NCBI GenBank assembly: GCA_040830765.1
Contig: JBFOMH010000033.1
Coordinates: 1-58,286 of the forward strand
Source of the DNA: Puniceicoccaceae bacterium
GTDB lineage: Bacteria; Verrucomicrobiota; Verrucomicrobiia; Opitutales; Oceanipulchritudinaceae
Direction of reading: 5' to 3'
Length of the DNA stretch: 58,286 nucleotides
Position 1 is the stretch's first letter. Every line of letters begins with the position of its first letter. Below are positions 46,595 to 56,005 of the stretch, piece after piece. The position numbers were made by a program, and so were the translations under genes. The notes under the pieces are model-generated. The model did not search any database and was not told the origin of the DNA. It saw only the letters and a program-made list of their open reading frames with translations.

Positions 46595-47444
46595 AGTCTT
46601 CCTGCTGAACCTTTACATCAATGTACTGGTCCTGGTCATCGGGGCCTGTGTCGGGAGTTTCCTCAACGTGGTTATTTACCGCTTGCCGGCAGGTGAATCC
46701 GTGGTGACTCCGCGATCCCATTGCCGCTGCGGTAAGCCGATAGCCTGGTATGACAACATCCCCGTGCTGAGCTGGTTCATCCTGCGTGGCCGCTGCCGCC
46801 ATTGTGGCGAACGCTTCAGTATCCGGTATCCGCTGATTGAGGCCTTCACGGCCCTGGTCTTCCTGGGCCTCTGGCACGCCGGGGGATGGCCCGTGGGGCT
46901 GGTCTGGATCGTATTCGCCGGCATGATGATTCCTGCTGCCTTTATTGACCTCGACACGATGGAGATTCCCGACCGGTTTTCGATCGGAGGATTCATTGTC
47001 GGGATGGTCTTCAGCATCGCCGTACCAGCCATACACGGGGTGGAAAGTTCCGGGCTCTTTGTCATTGATGCCATCCAGGGGGCCACGGCCGGCTTGCTGG
47101 GCGCATTCGTCGGTTCCGGCTTGATTTTATGGGTGGCACTGGTCGCGGAGACAATCCTCAAGAAGGAGGCGATGGGCTTCGGCGATGTTAAGTTGATGGG
47201 GGCCATCGGTGCATTTTGTGGCTGGCAGGGTGCTGTCTTCGCCTTCTTTGGGGGAGCGGTCATCGGTTGCCTCTTGCTCCTTGTCTGCTGGCCGTTCATG
47301 AAAAAGCACTCCGAGGACGGTGAGGGAAACCGTATCCCATTTGGTCCCGCCCTGGCGGCCGGAGGCGTGCTCTACCTGTTGTACGCCAGTCCGTTTGTCG
47401 CGGCCTATTTCGAGACCATCCAGCAAGTCGTTGAATCCTTCTGA
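46587..47444 (+). CDS. pilD: Prepilin peptidase / N-methyltransferase
   Basis: GSFLNVVIYRLP, RGRCRHC, MGFGDVKL, IPFGPAL. Confidence 0.93.
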   Translation: MDEVFLLNLYINVLVLVIGACVGSFLNVVIYRLPAGESVVTPRSHCRCGKPIAWYDNIPVLSWFILRGRCRHCGERFSIRYPLIEAFTALVFLGLWHAGGWPVGLVWIVFAGMMIPAAFIDLDTMEIPDRFSIGGFIVGMVFSIAVPAIHGVESSGLFVIDAIQGATAGLLGAFVGSGLILWVALVAETILKKEAMGFGDVKLMGAIGAFCGWQGAVFAFFGGAVIGCLLLLVCWPFMKKHSEDGEGNRIPFGPALAAGGVLYLLYASPFVAAYFETIQQVVESF

Positions 47445-47445
47445 G

Positions 47446-48474
47446 ATGTCCGGTCGGCTCACCATTGTCATTCTGATCGCGGCATTCCTTTTACCGGCTT
47501 TGTTGACGGCCGCTGAATTACGTTGGCCCTTGGAAGAGAATCCCATCGCCAAGGGACGTCCCTATACAAGCTATGTCCAGCCAACCGCCTCCGGAAAGGA
47601 CGAGTCCGCCCTCTTTGGTTGCGTGCGCAATGATGGCCGCCGCTTTCATGAGGCGGTTGACATCGCACCGGTAAAGCCGCGGAGGAAGGGCGAGGCAACC
47701 GATCCCATCCTGGCCATTCATGACGGGATAGTAACGCACATCAGTAATGTCTCCGGTAACAGCAGCTACGGGAGATACGTCGTGCTCGAGCACCCGGGAC
47801 TGAACCTCCAGGTCTACACCTTGTACTCCCACCTTTCGAAGGTAGAGCCCGGGCTGGCCCTGGGGCAAATGGTCAAGGCGGGTCAGCGCATCGGCACCAT
47901 GGGCCGAAGCGCCGGGGGCTACACCATTCCCCGGTCCCGGTCCCATCTTCACCTGGAGATCGGCCTGCGGTTAAGTGACGATTTTAATGAATGGTACCGG
48001 CGCCAGGCCTACACCACGCCCAACAAGCATGGAAACTTCAATGGGATGAACCTCATTGGCTGGGATCCCGTTGACTACTATCAGGCATGGGAGGCTGGCC
48101 GGGCCGGTTCCCCACTGGAGTACCTGGAGCAACTGCAACCAGCCGTCATGGTGCATGTCCTGACCGATCAGAGACCGGACTTTGCGGTGCGGTATCCCGA
48201 ACTCGTCCTGCCGGGTTGCTCCCCGGAAGAGCAGGCCGGTTGGGAGGTGCTCCTGAGCCCGTGGGGTCTTCCGCTCTCCCTCAAGCCACTGGCCAAAGGT
48301 GAGTTAAGAGGGGTTCGCGAGGCCGGGGACATCAGCGTGGTCGGTGTTGACCGGAAAGCACTGAATGCCTACGCCTGCCGCCGGATCATTGAGGAATCCA
48401 AAGGCAAGGTGAGCCTTGGCTCCGGCGGAGCCATGGTTCTTGAGATGCTCTTTATGCCGGATCCCCGCGGCTAG
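47446..48474 (+). CDS. M23-family metallopeptidase
   Basis: Signal peptide, HEAVD, YSHL, HLHLEI. Confidence 0.88.
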   Translation: MSGRLTIVILIAAFLLPALLTAAELRWPLEENPIAKGRPYTSYVQPTASGKDESALFGCVRNDGRRFHEAVDIAPVKPRRKGEATDPILAIHDGIVTHISNVSGNSSYGRYVVLEHPGLNLQVYTLYSHLSKVEPGLALGQMVKAGQRIGTMGRSAGGYTIPRSRSHLHLEIGLRLSDDFNEWYRRQAYTTPNKHGNFNGMNLIGWDPVDYYQAWEAGRAGSPLEYLEQLQPAVMVHVLTDQRPDFAVRYPELVLPGCSPEEQAGWEVLLSPWGLPLSLKPLAKGELRGVREAGDISVVGVDRKALNAYACRRIIEESKGKVSLGSGGAMVLEMLFMPDPRG

Positions 48475-49702
48475 ACATCCTGTCCTCCAACTCACCCGCC
48501 TTGGCGTCAATTTGCGGCCGCAGGGGGAGGAAAAGGATGCAGGAGAGTCCAATCATCACGAGGGCAATCCAGGCGGCCACGACCGGATGGGCAAACTGCA
48601 CCACCGTGTACCCGATGAAAGGGGCCATGGCCATCCGCAGGCCGGTCATGAAACTGTGGACACTCATGTAGGAGGCTACCTTCTCCGGCGGGGCTATCTT
48701 AGTCACATAAAGGGCCCACAGGATGCCACCTCCCCCGAAGGCCGTTCCCAGGAGGGCACAGCCGATGGCCATGATGTAGAGGTTGGTGGTGAAAAAGAAG
48801 AAGGCGATGCTTCCCATGAAAACCAAATTGAGGATGATCCGCAGGGTGACGACATTGACGCGGTCGAACAGCACCCCCCAGACCTTGGTCGAGATAAGGC
48901 GGAACGTCAGGACTACAGAGATCATGAGTGTTCCAATCTGGGCATTGGTGGCGTTGATGCCATAGATCGGATTGGCAAGGTACTCGACGCGGATGGGGAT
49001 CATCATGAGGTTGCCCATGCCCAGCAGCATCCAGGCGATGAGCATCATCCGGAAGAGGCGGTCGTCCCAGGCAACTTTCATGCTGGCCATGGGGGCGGGG
49101 GCATCGAGGGAGGTTCCCGGTTCCGAGGGAATCCGCCTGCTGGCGTAGGCACTCAGGAGGGCAGCTGCCAAACCGGCAATAAAGATGACCGGATAAAGGC
49201 TGACAGCATAGTCGAGAAGTTCACCACCAAGGTAGCCAAACCCGATGCCGGCAAAGCTGCTGATCATGAATGTAGTGGAAAGCCAACTACCTCGCTTGTT
49301 GGAAGGATAGTTGCTGGAGTAAATGTGTGTGGTCAGGGAGGTGGACTGGCTGGCCATGATCTGCGCCAGCGCCACGCAGGCGACGAAGATAAAAACGGAG
49401 TGGGCAAAAATCATCCCGACGACGGCCATCGCCACCACCAGCCAGAGCAGGGCAATGATGCTGGAAAGCGGGAGGGCGAGGCGGCTGGCCACGCTGAGGC
49501 CTATCGGTGAAAGGAGAAACCCGATGCCCAAACCGGCGGGGATAAACTGCTTGATGGATTCATCCGCCTGGAAGACGCGAATGGCCACCAGGAGCGCGAA
49601 GACGCGCCAGCACGTTTCGACAATTCCCTGGCCCGCTCCCCGCCAGCGGTCCCAGCGGTAAGTGGTGCTGGCAATTTCCCCCGCTGTCAGCTTTTGCTCC
49701 AT
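48452..49702 (-). CDS. MFS transporter
   Basis: About 12 hydrophobic segments, YPSNKRG, WGVLFDR. Confidence 0.85.
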   Translation of the reverse strand: MEQKLTAGEIASTTYRWDRWRGAGQGIVETCWRVFALLVAIRVFQADESIKQFIPAGLGIGFLLSPIGLSVASRLALPLSSIIALLWLVVAMAVVGMIFAHSVFIFVACVALAQIMASQSTSLTTHIYSSNYPSNKRGSWLSTTFMISSFAGIGFGYLGGELLDYAVSLYPVIFIAGLAAALLSAYASRRIPSEPGTSLDAPAPMASMKVAWDDRLFRMMLIAWMLLGMGNLMMIPIRVEYLANPIYGINATNAQIGTLMISVVLTFRLISTKVWGVLFDRVNVVTLRIILNLVFMGSIAFFFFTTNLYIMAIGCALLGTAFGGGGILWALYVTKIAPPEKVASYMSVHSFMTGLRMAMAPFIGYTVVQFAHPVVAAWIALVMIGLSCILFLPLRPQIDAKAGELEDRMSSRGDPA

Positions 49703-50673
49703 TCAAGCATCCGCTCAATGGGGACCGCGGCCTTGCGGCGCAATTCCTCGTCCATTTGTATCTCCGGCCTGAGGTCGCGCAGGGCGTCGCGCACCTTCTC
49801 CAGGGTATTCATCTTCATGAAGCGGCAATCGTTGCAGGCACAGTTCTCAGTCGGACCGGCAATGAAGGTCTTGTGGGGATTCTCCTTTTGCAGCCGGTGA
49901 ATCATGCCGGACTCAGTGACCACGATGATTCGCTCCGCGGGGGTGTTCTTGCAGAAGCTGACCATTTTTTCGGTACTGCATACCTCGTCCGCCATGTCAC
50001 GGACGGCTTCCGTGCATTCAGGATGTGCCACCACCGGGGCATCAGGAAACTGGCGGCGAACCTTCTCCAGGGCGTGGGCGGTGAAGAGCACATGGGCGTA
50101 GCAGCTGCCCGGCCACAGTTGCATCGGGCGATTGGTCTGGCGGGCTACCCATGAGCCGAGGTTCTGGTCCGGAACAAAGAGGATATCCCGGTCAGCCGGC
50201 ACCTTTTCAATCATCCTGACCGCATTGCCGCTCGTGCAAATCAAGTCACTGAGGGCCTTTACCGCAGCCGAGCAATTGATGTAGGCAACGGTATAGACGC
50301 CCGGGTTGGCTTCCTGCCAGGCGGCCAGCTTGTCAGCCGGGCAAGAATCGGAGAGGGAACAGCCGGCATCCTCATCGGGAAGAAGGACAGTTTTCTCCGG
50401 GTTCACGATCTTGGCGGTTTCCGCCATGAAATGAACCCCGCAGAAAAGGATCACATCCGCTTCCGTTTCCCTGGCGGCATAGGCCAGTCCCAGTGAGTCG
50501 CCCAGATAATCGGCCACCCGCTGGATGGGCTCTATCTGGTAATTGTGGGCAAGGATGACGGCGTTGCGTTCCTTCTTGAGGGCAATGATCTCCTCCTGGA
50601 GCGCGCTTAGCGGTTCCTCCCCGCTTAACGGGGGATAAACTTTCGGTTCAAAATCGAGTAATTCGACAGCCAT
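49687..50673 (-). CDS. nadA: Quinolinate synthase
   Basis: LAHNYQ, GDSLGL, CGVHFMAE, AGCSL, HPEC, CRFMK. Confidence 0.96.
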   Translation of the reverse strand: MAVELLDFEPKVYPPLSGEEPLSALQEEIIALKKERNAVILAHNYQIEPIQRVADYLGDSLGLAYAARETEADVILFCGVHFMAETAKIVNPEKTVLLPDEDAGCSLSDSCPADKLAAWQEANPGVYTVAYINCSAAVKALSDLICTSGNAVRMIEKVPADRDILFVPDQNLGSWVARQTNRPMQLWPGSCYAHVLFTAHALEKVRRQFPDAPVVAHPECTEAVRDMADEVCSTEKMVSFCKNTPAERIIVVTESGMIHRLQKENPHKTFIAGPTENCACNDCRFMKMNTLEKVRDALRDLRPEIQMDEELRRKAAVPIERMLEWSKS

Positions 50674-50704
50674 GGCTTATTGGGGGATAAAGGTTGAGCC
50701 GGAG

Positions 50705-51076
50705 TCAGGATTCCTTGACCTGGAACTCGGACAGCAGGGCACTGAAGGAAGGATTTTCGTGCAGGCTGGTCAGGTCAGGATCGTCCATCAACCACTCGAA
50801 ATCATTATAACCCTGTTCAAGGGCGATACGCAAGGCAGCGAGGGCATCATTTGCCCGGTTCTTCAGGGCAAGGCTGCAGGCAAGGTTGTAATGGCTGATG
50901 GCGTTGTCCGGATCCAGTTCGACAATCTTTCGATCGAGCTCAAGGCCTTCGTCGATGCGCCCAACCTTTGTGTAGAGCCCGGCTAGCATCTCCATCACCA
51001 CCAAGTCGTGGGGTGCCCTGCGGAGAATGCTGCGGCAGAAATCAATTTCAAATTCAAGGTCGCTGTCCATGTTCAC
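50705..51076 (-). CDS. TPR-repeat protein
   Basis: [19 protein letters not shown]...DPDL..L. GTGA overlap with the upstream stop. Confidence 0.85.
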   Translation of the reverse strand: MNMDSDLEFEIDFCRSILRRAPHDLVVMEMLAGLYTKVGRIDEGLELDRKIVELDPDNAISHYNLACSLALKNRANDALAALRIALEQGYNDFEWLMDDPDLTSLHENPSFSALLSEFQVKES

Positions 51077-51573
51077 TTTGATGGGCTCTCGCTTTTATTC
51101 TTATCCTTGCGGATTGGGCGAGCCTGGACCTGGAGGCGCTGGCTGATGGGCTCGAGTCCGACCTTTTCAGCGATCGAACGGGCATACCATTCAAGGAACG
51201 GGGCATCGATTTCATAGATCTTGTCCGATTCCACATCGACCACCTGGGCCTGGTCGATTTGCTTGCCATGGCTGGCGAGGTAGAACTTGTAGTCCTTGCC
51301 AACGTCGATTTCACGGACCAGTTCACTCTCGGTGAGAATGGGAAGGGTCCGGTAAATGGTGGCGCGGGAGACGGAGCGATCAATGGCCCGGGCGTGTTCC
51401 AGCAGCTCCTCGGCGGTAAAGTGTTCCTCAAGATTGAAGGCTGCCTCAAAGATGGCCAGACGCTGGGAGGTGACGCGCAGGCCTTTCTGGCCCAGGTAGG
51501 CCTTGAAGGTTTCCCGTGCGGATTCGAGATCGGCCGCAATCTCGCCTTGTTGCGCTTGCCAGGGGAGGTCCAT
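51073..51573 (-). CDS. Fur-family transcriptional regulator (atypical C-terminal metal site)
   Basis: [28 protein letters not shown]. Confidence 0.85.
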   Translation of the reverse strand: MDLPWQAQQGEIAADLESARETFKAYLGQKGLRVTSQRLAIFEAAFNLEEHFTAEELLEHARAIDRSVSRATIYRTLPILTESELVREIDVGKDYKFYLASHGKQIDQAQVVDVESDKIYEIDAPFLEWYARSIAEKVGLEPISQRLQVQARPIRKDKNKSESPSK

Positions 51574-51633
51574 GTGCTCCCATTGGGTGCTTTTGAGACA
51601 ATTATCGCAAGAAGAAAAACCGCCCCCTGAGGC

Positions 51634-52086
51634 CTAAATATACAACAGGTGGATGGTCGACGATTCGGTGGACCATTCCATGGCCAGTTCATCGATAAAC
51701 CGGGTCGCCTCAAGGTAGGCCGCTTCCCTGGCCTTGGTGCGGTAACGGGCGGCGGGGAAGAGCGCCCGCCGCAGCCCGCGGACAAGGAGAAAAATGTGAT
51801 CCGTGCCCGCATGGGGCTTCAGATGGGCGATGATTTCCTGCCGCGCGAAGAGGGGATCCCAGGTCCGGTTGGAGAGGTCGATGGAGATGAAGGCATGGGA
51901 CGAGGGGAGGGTCCCCGGCGTCTGCTGGCGCAAATCTTCAGCGATGCTGCTGAATTTCTCGAAGGTGTCCTCGGCGGGTTCCTGGCGCAGGGAAAGCTCA
52001 ATGGAGTCCTTCAGCTGTTTGAGAAGGAACATATCCTCGCCCGCCCAATCGGGGAACAGGGCCTGCAGACAGTGCAGGCGGGCCAT
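51634..52086 (-). CDS. Hypothetical protein
   Basis: GAGG RBS before ATG 52086. Fills the gap between nrdR and the Fur-like gene. Confidence 0.6.
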   Translation of the reverse strand: MARLHCLQALFPDWAGEDMFLLKQLKDSIELSLRQEPAEDTFEKFSSIAEDLRQQTPGTLPSSHAFISIDLSNRTWDPLFARQEIIAHLKPHAGTDHIFLLVRGLRRALFPAARYRTKAREAAYLEATRFIDELAMEWSTESSTIHLLYI

Positions 52087-52105
52087 GTCCTCGCTCCAGT
52101 GGTGC

Positions 52106-52561
52106 TCAGGGCTGCTTTTGCAGTCCATCGATTTCCTTGGCGAGTTCATCAATATCCCGAAACTGCTTGTAGACGCTGGCAAAACGGACGTAGGCGATCT
52201 GATCGATGGCCTTGAGGCGGGCCATGACCCGTTCACCGATGGCCCGGGAGGGTATTTCCGTGTCAAACTCGTTCTCGAGGTCGGTCAGGACATCGGCGAT
52301 GAGCATTTCCACCTGTTCGCCGTCGACCGGCCGTTTCTCAATCGCCCGTTGGATGCCGGCCACCAGCTTGCCGCGGTCGAAGGGTTCCCGTCGACCGTCA
52401 TTCTTGATGACGAAGAGGTCCTCGCTGATGATTTCCTCGGTAGTCGAGAAGCGGTATTCGCAATTCTGGCAGGCGCGCCGCCGGCGGATGGAGAGTCCGC
52501 TGGAGGAAACACGGGAATCGATGACCCGGGTATCTTTCGTTCCGCATTTAGGGCATTGCAT
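52106..52561 (-). CDS. nrdR: Transcriptional repressor NrdR
   Basis: MQCPKC...VIDSR...IRRRRAC..C..RFST.E, ATP-cone, AYVRFASVY. Confidence 0.97.
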   Translation of the reverse strand: MQCPKCGTKDTRVIDSRVSSSGLSIRRRRACQNCEYRFSTTEEIISEDLFVIKNDGRREPFDRGKLVAGIQRAIEKRPVDGEQVEMLIADVLTDLENEFDTEIPSRAIGERVMARLKAIDQIAYVRFASVYKQFRDIDELAKEIDGLQKQP

Positions 52562-52622
52562 CGTAAAAAGGGGTTATCGAGGGGTTATGGCGTTCCTGAT
52601 CTTGAAGGTCAACCACTTAGGT

Positions 52623-53096
52623 TTATTCCATACTGAACTGTCGCAGGGCCTCATAGGCGGCAATTCCGACCGATGTGGAGAGGTTGAGGGAGCGCAGGGG
52701 CTGTTCATTGAAGCGGGGGAGGGTGATGCGATGGTCCTCTCCGATCTCCTGATGCAGCCAGTCCGGACAACCATGGCCCTCGTTTCCAAAGAGAAGGGCG
52801 TCTCCCGGGCGAAATTGGACGGACCAATAGGAATTGGCGGCATGGGTGGTGAAGAGCCAGATGCGCTCGGGGAATCCATCTGACGCCTTGAAGGCTTCCC
52901 ATGAGGCATGGGAGGTGACGTCCAGGTGCTGCCAGTAATCCATGCCGCTGCGCCGAAGGTAGCGGTCATCGAGGGAAAAGCCCAGCGGCTCGATCAGGTG
53001 CAGCCGGGCGCCGGTAAAGGCGCAGAGCCTGCCGATGTTGCCCGTATTCTGGGGAATCTCCGGTTCAAAGAGGATGATACTGAGCGGCTGGGCCAT
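52623..53096 (-). CDS. trmL: tRNA (cytidine/uridine(34)-2'-O)-methyltransferase
   Basis: PEIPQNTGNI, LRRSGMDYW, FGNE, RSLNLS, YEALRQ. Confidence 0.93.
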   Translation of the reverse strand: MAQPLSIILFEPEIPQNTGNIGRLCAFTGARLHLIEPLGFSLDDRYLRRSGMDYWQHLDVTSHASWEAFKASDGFPERIWLFTTHAANSYWSVQFRPGDALLFGNEGHGCPDWLHQEIGEDHRITLPRFNEQPLRSLNLSTSVGIAAYEALRQFSME

Positions 53097-53098
53097 GC

Positions 53099-53569
53099 CT
53101 AGAGGTGATGCTTGACGGTCCGTTGGGTCTCCCGGATATCGACCGCCTTCTTCAGGTCCTCGCGCTTGTCATATTGTTTTTTGCCCCGGCAGAGGGCGAC
53201 TTCCACTTTCCCAAGGCCCTTCGTGAAGTAAATCCTCAGGGGAATGATGGCCCGGCCCCCGCTCTGGACAGCCTGCTCCCACTTGCGGATTTCCCGCTTG
53301 TTGAGGAGAAGCTTGCGCGGCCGGTAGGGATTGTGGTTAGAGGTGGTCCCAAACGCGTACTCCGCGACGTGGGCGTGATAGAGGATGGGCGTGCCCTTGT
53401 CGATGCGGACGAAACTCTCGTTGATCTGGGCCATGCCCTGGCGGATCGACTTGACCTCGGTTCCCTTGAGGACAATTCCAGCCTCCAGGGTTTCATCGAT
53501 GAAGAAATCCCGCCGGGCACGCGAATTGCGCACCTCGCTGAAGCGCTCCTTGTCTTTTTTGGGGCTCAG
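53099..53569 (-). CDS. smpB: SsrA-binding protein (start either CTG 53569 or GTG 53533)
   Basis: EAGIVLKGTEVKS, RKLLL, GKKQYDKRE. Confidence 0.95.
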   Translation of the reverse strand: MSPKKDKERFSEVRNSRARRDFFIDETLEAGIVLKGTEVKSIRQGMAQINESFVRIDKGTPILYHAHVAEYAFGTTSNHNPYRPRKLLLNKREIRKWEQAVQSGGRAIIPLRIYFTKGLGKVEVALCRGKKQYDKREDLKKAVDIRETQRTVKHHL

Positions 53570-53781
53570 GCCTCTTCCTTCTCAGGGTCAAACAGTTCGT
53601 AGGTGATCTTCCCCTCGATGATTTCCCGCAGGGCGGTGTCTTCAGGGGAGAGCCGCTCCAGTGATTCCACCAGCGGGCGCTGGCCGTACTTCAACTGCTT
53701 GACGCGGCGGGAAACCACGTTGATGAGGATGTTCGGATCCGGAATAACTTTCTGGGCTGCTTTGATATATTCGTCTCTCAC
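53566..53781 (-). CDS. rpoZ: RNA polymerase omega subunit
   Basis: LINVVSRRVKQL...PLV...ALREIIEGKI. AAGGAG RBS. Confidence 0.85.
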   Translation of the reverse strand: MRDEYIKAAQKVIPDPNILINVVSRRVKQLKYGQRPLVESLERLSPEDTALREIIEGKITYELFDPEKEEA

Positions 53782-53896
53782 AATCAGGGACTCCTTTTAC
53801 TGGCGAAATCGTCTAATGAAACGAGCCAAGGTGGTGGTCCGCCATTGGCTTGGCAAGGAAAATGTTGGCTTTGTAAAGAGTGGCCAGCAGGCCTGC

Positions 53897-54808
53897 CTAG
53901 TAGACCGAAACCGGGATTTCCACAGGAGCGAATCCGGGAACCGTCAGGACGAGGACCCCGTTGCCGGGTTCGCCGCCGGTAATGTTGACGTTTACGGAGC
54001 GGGCTCCTTCCGGGATGATGATTTCCGGCATGATGACGGAATCCGGGATATCGGTTTGGGCCTCAACATAGAGCCCACCGAGGGGTGCCGGGTTACCGGT
54101 TTCAATAATGACAAAATCGGTCGCTCCACTGGTCAGCTCGATATAGTCCGGCTGTACGCTCATGGCAGCCTCGTCGATGCGGAAGTTGCCGGCGGGCAGG
54201 TCACCGCCACCGGTGCGGACGACAACGCGGTAGGCGCGGCCGGCTGAAAGGGCTGGAACCGTAAACTCGATGGAATTGGGGGAGTGAATGGTGGTGGCTG
54301 CCTCAACGCCGCCGACCACAACAACATCCTGGGAGGAGAATCCGCTGCCAACTATGGGAATGCGGGAACCTGCCGGACCCCGGTCATTGACCAACTGGAT
54401 GGGGTAGCGGTTGATGAGCCGGGCATGGAAAACCTTTTCCTCTTCCTGGGTGCTGTAGCGGACCGCTGTCTTGGTACCTTGGGCAGTGCCGTAATCCCAG
54501 TAAATGGTATAGTAGTAACGGGCCTCCTTGATACCGGCCGGCATTTTGTAATCGTAGGTAAAGGTCAGGTCCTCTGTCGCGCTGCGGACCATTGGGAAGG
54601 TCTCGTTGTTAATCGTGATCTCCGCACGCTCACTACCCTTAATTCGGTTGCCCTTGGGGATTTCAGCCGAGAAGCTGAAGGTATAAATACCCGACGGATT
54701 CTCCGGAATGCGTTCCGGAGTGAAATCCTGGAACACCGTGTTACAGCCTCCGAGGAGGAAGAGGAGGGCCGTCAGGAAAAGGGAATTGCGTATTGCTTTG
54801 ATCTTCAT
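53897..54808 (-). CDS. Lipoprotein with an IPT/TIG-like domain
   Basis: Lipobox LGGC and GPAGSRIPIVGSGF...IEFTVP. Confidence 0.75.
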   Translation of the reverse strand: MKIKAIRNSLFLTALLFLLGGCNTVFQDFTPERIPENPSGIYTFSFSAEIPKGNRIKGSERAEITINNETFPMVRSATEDLTFTYDYKMPAGIKEARYYYTIYWDYGTAQGTKTAVRYSTQEEEKVFHARLINRYPIQLVNDRGPAGSRIPIVGSGFSSQDVVVVGGVEAATTIHSPNSIEFTVPALSAGRAYRVVVRTGGGDLPAGNFRIDEAAMSVQPDYIELTSGATDFVIIETGNPAPLGGLYVEAQTDIPDSVIMPEIIIPEGARSVNVNITGGEPGNGVLVLTVPGFAPVEIPVSVY

Positions 54809-54838
54809 GAGAGGAAATTGAGTAAATTAGCGGGACAA

Positions 54839-56005
54839 TTGAATAAACTGCAAGAAAAAGCCGAATCACTGGAACTGGGCATTTATGTGCATGTGCCGTT
54901 TTGTGCCCGGTCGTGTGATTTTTGTCACTTTTACCAGGAGCCGCCGCAGCGCGCTGAGCTGGAGCGCTACCTTGATGGCATGGATGCCGCATTCGAGCGG
55001 GACGCCTTGCCACGCCTTGCCACGACGGCCTTCTGGGGAGGTGGCACGCCGGGACTGCTGACGACATCCGATCTCGAACGTCTTGGACAGGCCATGCTCC
55101 GTGCCAACGGAGGTGTCGCACCATCGGAGTGGAGCGTGGAAATGGCCCCGGCCACCGTCAAGCGGGACAAAATCCGCGTCCTGCGTGACCTCGGAGTGAA
55201 CCGGATCTCAATGGGGGTACAGAGCTTCGATGGACAACTGCTGGAAGAGCTGGGCCGCATCCACTCGCTGGAGCAGGTGCGCCGGTCCATCGACCTGCTG
55301 CACGAGGAAGGCTTTGCGAACTTCAACCTCGACCTCATCTTTGCCATTCCCGGGCAAAGCCATGACCAGTGGCGGTCCGACTTGCAGGCAGCCATCGCGG
55401 CCCGTCCGGCGCACATCTCCACCTATTGCCTGACCTTTGAGGAAGACACCGCCCTCTGGTTGCGCCTGCAAAAAGGCCAGGTCAGCAAGACCAGTCCGGA
55501 GGAGGAGGCCCGCTATTTTGAAATTGCCCGGGAGGTGCTGGGGGAGGCCGGTTATGCCCAGTATGAGGTCTCCAACTTTGCCCAGCCAGGGCGTTTGTGC
55601 CGCCACAACCTCCATACCTGGCGGATGCAGGAATGGGTTGGCTACGGCCCCTCCGCTTCGAGCCAGTTCGGGTTGCGGCGCTGGACCGAGCCGCATTCAC
55701 TCGAGGAGTGGCTGGCCGGTTTGCAGGTTGGCGATCGGAAACTGGCTGAGGATGTCCCATTGGACGATGACATGTTGGCGGAGGATTTCCTCGTCTTTGG
55801 CCTGCGGATGAACGATGGGGTGGATCTGAGCGAGTGGAAACATCGCTTTCCCGGTGCCAACCTGACCGGTTGGCCGACATTCCTCGATCAGTTGCTGCAG
55901 GAAGGCCTGGCCGAACAGGTGGGCTCAATCCTGCGACTCACGGACTCCGGCAGGTTGGTCGCCGACCGGATCGGGGAGGAGATTCTCAGTCTTCCCCAAA
56001 GGTAA
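54839..56005 (+). CDS. hemW: Radical SAM heme chaperone HemW
   Basis: YVHVPFCARSCDFC, GGGTP, RISMGVQSF, YEVSNFA, HN..W. Start uncertain (TTG 54818 or 54839). Confidence 0.88.
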   Translation: MNKLQEKAESLELGIYVHVPFCARSCDFCHFYQEPPQRAELERYLDGMDAAFERDALPRLATTAFWGGGTPGLLTTSDLERLGQAMLRANGGVAPSEWSVEMAPATVKRDKIRVLRDLGVNRISMGVQSFDGQLLEELGRIHSLEQVRRSIDLLHEEGFANFNLDLIFAIPGQSHDQWRSDLQAAIAARPAHISTYCLTFEEDTALWLRLQKGQVSKTSPEEEARYFEIAREVLGEAGYAQYEVSNFAQPGRLCRHNLHTWRMQEWVGYGPSASSQFGLRRWTEPHSLEEWLAGLQVGDRKLAEDVPLDDDMLAEDFLVFGLRMNDGVDLSEWKHRFPGANLTGWPTFLDQLLQEGLAEQVGSILRLTDSGRLVADRIGEEILSLPQR

